A stretch of 62,775 nt of DNA, filler included, from Candidatus Zapsychrus exili (GTDB lineage: Bacteria; Omnitrophota; Gorgyraeia; Zapsychrales; Zapsychraceae): the NCBI GenBank assembly GCA_030765585.1. It is 5 parts of 5 records of this genome, joined end to end, with 100 filler letters (N's around TTAATTAATTAA, not from the genome) between each part and the next. Parts side by side here need not be neighbours in the genome. Positions count along the whole stretch, not along the records: positions 32,212 to 60,002 come from JAVCCJ010000022.1; 4 more parts are not named here. One strand, 5' to 3'. The translations under genes were made by a program, and so were the position numbers. Shown one piece after another: positions 53,101-57,530 of this stretch. Positions within the stretch are counted from its first letter, which is position 1, and each line of letters starts with the position of its first letter. The notes beneath the pieces are model-generated. The model saw nothing but the letters and a program-made list of their open reading frames with translations. It was not told where the DNA came from and did no database searches.

Positions 53101-56100
53101 CAAGAACAAAAAGTTGAAACCATTGGAGACGATTTATTCGTTACTCAAAAAACACGTTTCCAAAAAGGAATAGAAGAAAAATCTGCTTCTGCTATTTTAA
53201 TTAAGGTAAACCAAAATGGAACAATGACAGGCACCTTAGATGTTATCAAAATGGCAAAAGAAAATGAATTAAAATGGGTCGTATCACATCGTTCAGGTGA
53301 AACAATGGACGCTGGAATAGCTGATCTGGCTTATGGCACCAACGCATTTGGCCTAAAGACTGGCGACCCTCAACCAAATTATGATTTTGGTGAAGGCGGA
53401 CAATATGAAGGTAAAGATCTTGTCAGAAGAGCTAAATACCAACGCATGGTTGAGCTAGAAAAAGCAGCAAACGATAAAGCGATGGTGGCAGAAATTAATA
53501 ACCTTCTTAGCCAAAGCGATATATCAACAAATGGTCGCGTAGGCCTAACCTTAGCTTTTGGACGTAGAGTGTTTAGTTTGTATTCTGAAAAGCTAGGCAA
53601 AACTTTGCATGTAAAAACTATAGGTGCAAATAATGAAATAGAATGGGCAACGATTGTAAAAGGAAATAAATTAAACGAAGAATATACTTATAATATGGAA
53701 AAAAATGATGGGGCTACGGAAGTATCAGAAGATGTCTATCCGCTCATCAAGACAAGCCTTATAGCTCTGAACCTAGTAGCTGACCAAGCAATGGTAGCAA
53801 ATACAGCTTCTGAGCTAATCAACAACATATCGAGCTATATAACTTACAACAAAAATACTAATGCCTTTGAGGTGACTGACATAAATAAACTGCTCAATGA
53901 AGGCATAGACTATCTTGTTAACGAGTCTGCACTAAGCAAGAATATAATTGTCAAAAAAGCAGCAGCTCAAATAATAATGGAAGTAGGTGAATTAATAGGC
54001 ATTCACTCTTCATCTATGCACGATGTATACGCAGCAAGAAGAAGAGGCGAAATACTTCAAAAGTCAACTATTCCTGCAAACAACATTCGTGGAATGGCAT
54101 ATGATACAGCAAAGACCGCATTTGAAGTTATGATCGATAACAATGCTTCAGGTATCTTTGAACTTGCAAGATCTGAAAGAGGATATACAAAACAACCTCT
54201 TTGGGAATATTCAGCTTCTATTTATGCTGCAGCTATTAAAACAGGATATAGAGGAAAGATATTCCTTCAATTAGATCATGCTCAAATAGATAAAAAGCTT
54301 TATTTTGGATTTGGAGGCAAAGAAGCTAATCCAGAAAAAGCAATTCAAGATATCAAAGACTTAATAAATGAGGCTGTTTCTGCAAGGGTTTACAACATTG
54401 ACATTGATGCATCGTCCTTGATGATCGCAGGAAACTTAAAGAAAAATAACGCAACTCATAAAGAGGCAATAAGTTTAAAATTAGATAACCTTACAGAACT
54501 TAGCGGTAATGACCTAGTAGCTCTAGATGCAAAGAAAATACTTGCCCGCCAAACATTCAACATCCGTGAAACCGTCAATCTTACAAAATACATTCGTGAC
54601 CTTGAGAAAAAACTCAATATACCTGTAACTATTGCAATAGGTGGCGAGGATATGCACGTTGATCAGGATGTATATAGTACTGAACATTCAGTTGAAGTGT
54701 TCTGCCAAGGGTTAGAAAAAGCTTTAATTGAAGCAGGAATCAAAAAAGGCAAAGGTGTCATCAAAATAAGCGTTCAGAGTGGAACTGGCCATGGTGGAAT
54801 TACAATTGCTGGCGTTCCAGTCGGAGAAGCAGCTATTCAAATCAATCTAACAGATCTAAAAGCTATTACTGAAATGGCTCAAAGAGGAGAGTTGGGATCA
54901 ACAATAGCTGGTGTTGTTCAGCACGGAGCTTCAACTGTACCTGAAAAATTCTTTGCTGAATTTGTAAAACACTTAGTAATTGAGGTGCATTTAGCAACCG
55001 GATACCAAAATCAACAACTTCGTGCAATACGAGAGAATGATCCTTCATTATATCAACTATTAAATGTATCTATGGTTGATGTCGCCAGTGGATTATGGAT
55101 TAAAGAAGATGGCACAAGCGGAGAGATTATAACAAATATGATCAAATACCTTAAATACTATTATAAAAAAGCTTATGGTAAAGCAGCAAAAGATACAGAG
55201 CTAGCTAGTATCTTAAAAAAAGCTATTAATATAGTTGAAGGACAAAAGAATTGGGCTAAGTTCTCTGAGGATATCATAAAAGAGGTAGGAGAGTTAGAAG
55301 AAGGAAAGTTAAACAAAGACATAGACCAAATTGCACGTTTTGCAATTGCTGAGGCTTTTTATCGTTCATATAAAAAAGTCTTTGGACTTGAAAAACACGC
55401 TCTTTGGAACATGCGTTCAGATCTAAAAAAAGCAATAGCAGACGCCCTTAAGAAAAACTTTTCATCTATCTGGGTACCTTTAGGATTCAATAATATTAAA
55501 GGAGATGTTGATAAGGCTGCAAAAATCATTCCTCTTTATCCAAAGCAAAGATCAATTGAGCTAAAACAAGCTATGGTGGCAGCAAATATTACGCTACATG
55601 ACGGATTTACAAAGAAGAAAGCTCGAGCATATATAAATAAAATAACTCTGATGTTCACAGTTCACGGTCAAGAATTTAAAGATACAATCTTTTTTGACCA
55701 AAAAATAGATGGAAGAGGTTATTTTTTAGGTTTCGCAGAAATTTTGGATGATAGAAGAACTCTTGTTTTTGAAAATAAGTTTACTGCAATTTTGCCACAA
55801 ACGCTTGAAGAATACGGTAATATTAGCGATAATACGAGAAAAATAAAAAATTACCTATCAACAAGTATTGCCAACATTAAAGATCAGGCAATGATTACAC
55901 CTGGTGGTATTGATCTTAATCCTGCCTACCTGGATATGCAAATTAAACGTGATGGAGCTGGTATTCCGCTATCACTTGATATGCAATCAATAGAAACAAT
56001 GAGAATTGAAGGGTTTATACCTGTTATTATAAATATCACTCCTATTAATAATTTCCCAATGCTTTTGGGGATGAGAAATACAGCTGACGATGAAGGGGAG

Positions 56101-56169
56101 AAAGAAACACAAAAATTAAGCTCTGCTAAAGAGCTTGAACCAATGGATAAAGCTCACGCACTTATTTAA
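47194..56169 (+). CDS. 2991-aa polyprotein: signal peptide, N-domain, GAPDH, GAPDH, PGK, enolase, orphan module, class II FBP aldolase, orphan module, GGIDLNP C-domain
   Basis: Single uninterrupted ORF with GGAGG SD; family motifs for each enzyme; modules separated by (D/K)-x-A-M. Confidence 0.92.
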   Translation: MMSSISKSKTSLAYRVLCSFIAFSVVFTAVIPPSYAQSYVSLPAPGTFVNITNSFTPTIVKGITIHPENPLEFDFIVDSGDNKLKGEQLKEESLKLIKYFLATLTVPENELWVNLNPSQPDKIMPEKLGHTEMGRDLLAQDYILKQLTASLMHPEGETGKEFWNKIYKRTKKEFGTTDINTDTLNRVWIVPSSATVYEKDNSAFVLESELKVLLDKEYLSTKEGTALDNSTTTQIIKEIIIPELEREVNTGKNFALLRQISNSMILATWFKMNLKESLLGKVYVDQNKVTGIDLENKNVKQEIYNQYLEAFKTGVYNYIKEEYNSETQEIIPKKYFSGGMETKWSPKINVVNEDTADSALLAQAADVAGSVSNLKVNLYDFGADADLDQAMVASKKFIGATEYTTVEGELSSIPASAPIDNPWPQVVSKPTGIAISGIGRIGRLLVRQITDYNNPNTEIKAIIGTDVSRETTQEGKLNLQLKYAKQITERLAIDTAYGEFNAELDYGVDENSDVYITVNDKKIPIVNREKTSDLYKWSDLGVDVVVEASGALKDKKKAGGHLTAGAKRVLIAAPGGSDVTGTFVVGVNEGEFDPRNPEHDIVSNASCTTNAIAPVMQVLGNIGFQAGSLNSTHAVTKSQVLLDGTNLKKPEQGRSALKNIIKTSTGASKALKALGRKLWSRMSGSAYRVPTLTGSVITLDFKVDDKNMTKEQMLEAFKTAAAGELKGVIAVDGSLSTRDIIGRTEGAIVAEQSVKVINTNDGSLVHMQIWYDNEYGYTTQLLKMLDEMSEKIEKVENGEEIEVTENIDAAIPAVLTADQIDAPEIPELLTQIREAQKDLNRPIRLGVNGPGRIGRLIVRQLIGNPNFDLRSIPYDSPSVLARLLKDDTVHGKIKGKIEFNDAERWLSVNGKKIAIPKRVRTPQETKWEDYDVEMVIDVTGKFTTQEDLSGHLGQTVKKVIIGAPAKGDIEGTFVFGVNENTYDGATQNVISNASCTTNALVPVVKTIKDVFGIKAGFMTTVHAVTLSQPSLDSKQKKPDREPASGANITLTSTGAAKAAGLVLPDVKGLLDGDALRVPVEDGSMIKLSIETEKPVKDVDTLNNVLAQAADGYLNGILKVEEMEVSSQVIGQRLGAVVAKQGTAVEQLPNGGSLITLHIFYDNEAGYTSQLLRMAQHVGEGMVGVADQAMVASTDKMTLEDIDDAVYNGNPVMIRVDFNVPLDENGKITDDTRIRAAIPTIKYALSKNAKVIIASHMGRPKGERVKNLSLAPIRERLKELLKDSADFVHFSDEFMTAADAEDFIDNVMDSKQVLLLENTRFNEGEQSKDPEIRQAFADKMFKGIKAFILDGFSVAHRAETSVVMAPNDIPKAAGFLVAEEINGLQKIVNEVDLVVMGGSKVSGKINIIENLLKKETLKHVLIGGAMANAFLVAKGMKLAKGNAGIAPEEVKIAKKLLNSKNADKIILPLDVVVAKSFSKDAEYMTINVSEDAGKYAVKQILEPDAWLSPTFVDTGSGMTLIEPSIQSPEFLKDWIAVDIGFATSAYYSSLIEEGKVMFWNGPMGAFDKFLFAQTGTRAIARSLEKAKGFTGAGGGDSVAAINQFGIKGIDYISKAGGATLEFLEGKDLPGIVALSDKADQAMTTRNLSTPLSKAIFEARVAHDSRGRETVEVEMAIPAIIAPVTLTLKTTGIVPAGASKGKAEAVTVGVEQAIKNINEVITPALQKSGLNMNKHKDLIKADRLIAKLAGDNFKDLGADATVPVSWALWRMAAESQDMSLGEYIKKYEPDAYDNANDRVNFYMNIYNGGLHALKDGETLGVDRIDTQETMLVIKAATYQEAIEMGDKIDAELKLILLGEFEIETITRADEAGFSVKGLGDSDKAIELVLEAIEEAGYTPGKDVKLALDVAASSFYIEKTGMYDFQGEMRTSEWMVDYYVGLAKKYPGVFISIEDGLEEDGWEAWASHAKTMQEQKVETIGDDLFVTQKTRFQKGIEEKSASAILIKVNQNGTMTGTLDVIKMAKENELKWVVSHRSGETMDAGIADLAYGTNAFGLKTGDPQPNYDFGEGGQYEGKDLVRRAKYQRMVELEKAANDKAMVAEINNLLSQSDISTNGRVGLTLAFGRRVFSLYSEKLGKTLHVKTIGANNEIEWATIVKGNKLNEEYTYNMEKNDGATEVSEDVYPLIKTSLIALNLVADQAMVANTASELINNISSYITYNKNTNAFEVTDINKLLNEGIDYLVNESALSKNIIVKKAAAQIIMEVGELIGIHSSSMHDVYAARRRGEILQKSTIPANNIRGMAYDTAKTAFEVMIDNNASGIFELARSERGYTKQPLWEYSASIYAAAIKTGYRGKIFLQLDHAQIDKKLYFGFGGKEANPEKAIQDIKDLINEAVSARVYNIDIDASSLMIAGNLKKNNATHKEAISLKLDNLTELSGNDLVALDAKKILARQTFNIRETVNLTKYIRDLEKKLNIPVTIAIGGEDMHVDQDVYSTEHSVEVFCQGLEKALIEAGIKKGKGVIKISVQSGTGHGGITIAGVPVGEAAIQINLTDLKAITEMAQRGELGSTIAGVVQHGASTVPEKFFAEFVKHLVIEVHLATGYQNQQLRAIRENDPSLYQLLNVSMVDVASGLWIKEDGTSGEIITNMIKYLKYYYKKAYGKAAKDTELASILKKAINIVEGQKNWAKFSEDIIKEVGELEEGKLNKDIDQIARFAIAEAFYRSYKKVFGLEKHALWNMRSDLKKAIADALKKNFSSIWVPLGFNNIKGDVDKAAKIIPLYPKQRSIELKQAMVAANITLHDGFTKKKARAYINKITLMFTVHGQEFKDTIFFDQKIDGRGYFLGFAEILDDRRTLVFENKFTAILPQTLEEYGNISDNTRKIKNYLSTSIANIKDQAMITPGGIDLNPAYLDMQIKRDGAGIPLSLDMQSIETMRIEGFIPVIINITPINNFPMLLGMRNTADDEGEKETQKLSSAKELEPMDKAHALI
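48484..49557 (+). other. GAPDH domain 1 within the giant ORF
   Basis: ISGIGRIGR, VVEASG, SNASCTTN, THAVT, STGA, YRVPT, WYDNEYGY. Confidence 0.92.
49714..50724 (+). other. GAPDH domain 2 within the giant ORF
   Basis: GVNGPGRIGR, DDTVHG, SNASCTTN, VHAVT, STGAAKA, LRVP, FYDNEAGY. Confidence 0.92.
50776..52098 (+). other. Phosphoglycerate kinase domain within the giant ORF
   Basis: RVDFNVP, DDTRI, SHMGRPKG, LLENTRF, GGAMAN, WNGPMG, GGGDS, LEFLEGKDLPG. Confidence 0.93.
52117..53460 (+). other. Enolase domain within the giant ORF
   Basis: DSRGRETVEV, VPAGAS, NGGLHA, LDVAAS, SIEDG, GDDLFVT, LIKVNQ, SHRSGET, LKTG. Confidence 0.93.
53794..55563 (+). other. Class II (Zn) fructose-bisphosphate aldolase-like domain within the giant ORF
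   Basis: TIPANNIRG, IFELARSE, LQLDH, IDIDAS, SVQSGTGHGG, VQHGAST, EVHLATGYQN. Confidence 0.85.
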
Positions 56170-56192
56170 TACAACATCAAAATTATCCATTG

Positions 56193-56245
56193 AAAAACCC
56201 CGGCATTACTGATCAATTAAATTGACCAATAATGCCGGGGTTTTT
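56193..56245. terminator. Intrinsic (bidirectional-type) terminator after the giant gene
   Basis: AAAAACCCCGGCATTA...TAATGCCGGGGTTTTT, 16-bp arms. Confidence 0.85.
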
Positions 56246-56298
56246 ATTTGCCTTAAATTTCTACCATAACTGTCAGTACGAGCCAATTTATTAGCTAA

Positions 56299-56379
56299 GA
56301 TTGCTTCGTCAGCTTGATTCAGGGGTCAGGCACCTGTAGATTTCTTTTAGGTGCCTGACCCCTTCTTCCTCGCAATGAC
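56299..56379. repeat. REP-like element GATTGCTTCG...CTCGCAATGAC with nested 15-bp inverted repeat
   Basis: Inner AGGGGTCAGGCACCT (56321-56335) / AGGTGCCTGACCCCT (56349-56363). Confidence 0.65.
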
Positions 56380-56403
56380 AAAAGAAATCAAAACAACAAA
56401 TAA

Positions 56404-56442
56404 GAAATTGCCGCGTTCGCCTTCGACTCACTCACAATAACA
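56404..56442. repeat. Degenerate REP-like copy, inverted partner of 57458-57497
   Basis: About 31/40 identity to the reverse complement of 57458-57497 by manual alignment. Confidence 0.6.
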
Positions 56443-56805
56443 ATGTTTTGTCATATTTTATCTATTTTGCCGCTCTATCACTACTATTTTATCACTTTTA
56501 GCACATCTCAATAGACAGGGGAGAGATAACTATATATGGCTCAAGGTCGCTCTCTAAGCGCTTCTTTGACTTATCTACTAGTAAGAATACATAACTATTT
56601 GTTACTGTTTTATAGAGAATAATACTATATACGCCTACAGCAATACTAGATTAATTATATGTTCACAAATGTAAAAGAAGTGTCTGGATTTTTTAATTAT
56701 TTATATTTCCGGTAAGTCTAAACGAGTTTATCCACAGGTCAATTTAAAAACTACATTAAAGCATTGGGGCACAACAGCTTAAGGCGCCTTTTTCTCATTT
56801 CACCA

Positions 56806-56833
56806 AGTTAACATAAGATGTATTATAGGAAGT
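56806..56833 (-). other. dif-like XerC/XerD recombination site
   Basis: Minus strand ACTTCCTATAA-TACATC-TTATGTTAACT; 11-6-11 layout close to Firmicutes dif (ACTTCCTA(T/G)AA N6 TTATGTAAACT) and the E. coli XerD arm TTATGTTAAAT. Confidence 0.7.
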
Positions 56834-56873
56834 TGCGTAGGTAAGCAAATATATGTGTAACTATATCAAAAAC

Positions 56874-57314
56874 CTATGTTTTTATAGATTCTTCTGTACT
56901 TATTTGATGCTTATGGCGGGTTGAAAAGTTTAAAATTTGTTTGCGAATGTTTTCTTCTGCTTGTTGTGCAGAAATATTTTCTGTAAATGTATCTTTCTTT
57001 GGCAAACTTCTTTGTCTTAAACCAACTTGTACATCACCAACACGAACTCTAATTGTTTTACCATTAACAAGCGCATCTGCAATAATTTTTCGACCTTGTC
57101 TAAGTATTCTACCAAAGCTTGGACGCGACAATCCCATTATTTGCGCTCCTTCTGACTGGTCATAACCCTGATAATCAGCTAATTTTATAGCCTCAAACTG
57201 ATCTACTAGCAACTGCGCCTCATCAGGCCTTCCTGGCTTACCACGAGGACTAAATTGGGCTATACTAGGCATTTCCTGCACATATCTAACCTTTTTACGT
57301 CTACCTTTATTCAT
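56874..57314 (-). CDS. DUF134 family putative DNA-binding protein
   Basis: GRRKKVRYV...FSPRG, FEAIKLADYQGYDQSEGAQIMGLSRPSFGRIL...ADALVNGKTI; GGAGGT SD. Confidence 0.88.
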   Translation of the reverse strand: MNKGRRKKVRYVQEMPSIAQFSPRGKPGRPDEAQLLVDQFEAIKLADYQGYDQSEGAQIMGLSRPSFGRILRQGRKIIADALVNGKTIRVRVGDVQVGLRQRSLPKKDTFTENISAQQAEENIRKQILNFSTRHKHQISTEESIKT

Positions 57315-57344
57315 TATATAACCTCCATTTAATATATATTTATT

Positions 57345-57421
57345 ATAAGCACATGCTCATTTAAACGTACCACTTCTTATGAGCATATGCTCATTATAAG
57401 TCTATGGTTTATTTATTGCAA
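57345..57421 (-). promoter_or_regulatory. Sigma70 promoter with two palindromic operators upstream of the DUF134 gene
   Basis: TTGCAA(57421-57416)-17 bp-TATAAT(57398-57393); perfect palindrome ATGAGCATATGCTCAT 57379-57394 and 14/16 copy 57345-57360. Confidence 0.7.
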
Positions 57422-57457
57422 GAAATAATACGTTTTTTTAGCATCCCTCTCATCTTT

Positions 57458-57497
57458 TGTCGTTGCGAGTGAATCAAAGGCGGGCGGCGGCAATCTC
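57458..57497. repeat. REP-like element TGTCGTTGCGAG...GGCAATCTC
   Basis: Same family as 56299 and 56404 copies, opposite orientation. Confidence 0.6.
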
Positions 57498-57530
57498 AAG
57501 AAAGAATTGTCTGTTATGCTGCCAAACGAT

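Larger units (their letters stand above)
48355..55893 (+). repeat. Seven dispersed in-frame module-boundary repeats (D/K)-x-A-M
   Basis: 48355 DQAMVAS, 50749 DQAMVAS, 52105 DQAMTT, 53473 DKAMVAE, 53782 DQAMVAN, 55564 KQAMVAA, 55882 DQAMIT. Confidence 0.9.

Noticed and set aside
48355..55893. Boundary repeats as a CRISPR array
   Set aside because: Repeats are 12-20 bp, in frame, 0.3-2.4 kb apart, with no cas genes
47194..56169. Giant ORF as an ordinary gap-pgk-eno operon fused by sequencing errors or stop-codon recoding
   Set aside because: No in-frame stops need reinterpreting, neighbouring genes use TAA/TAG/TGA normally, junctions carry a repeated motif, and a paralog shares the architecture
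56728..56736. Perfect DnaA box TTATCCACA as oriC
   Set aside because: Single box, no cluster and no dnaA/dnaN nearby
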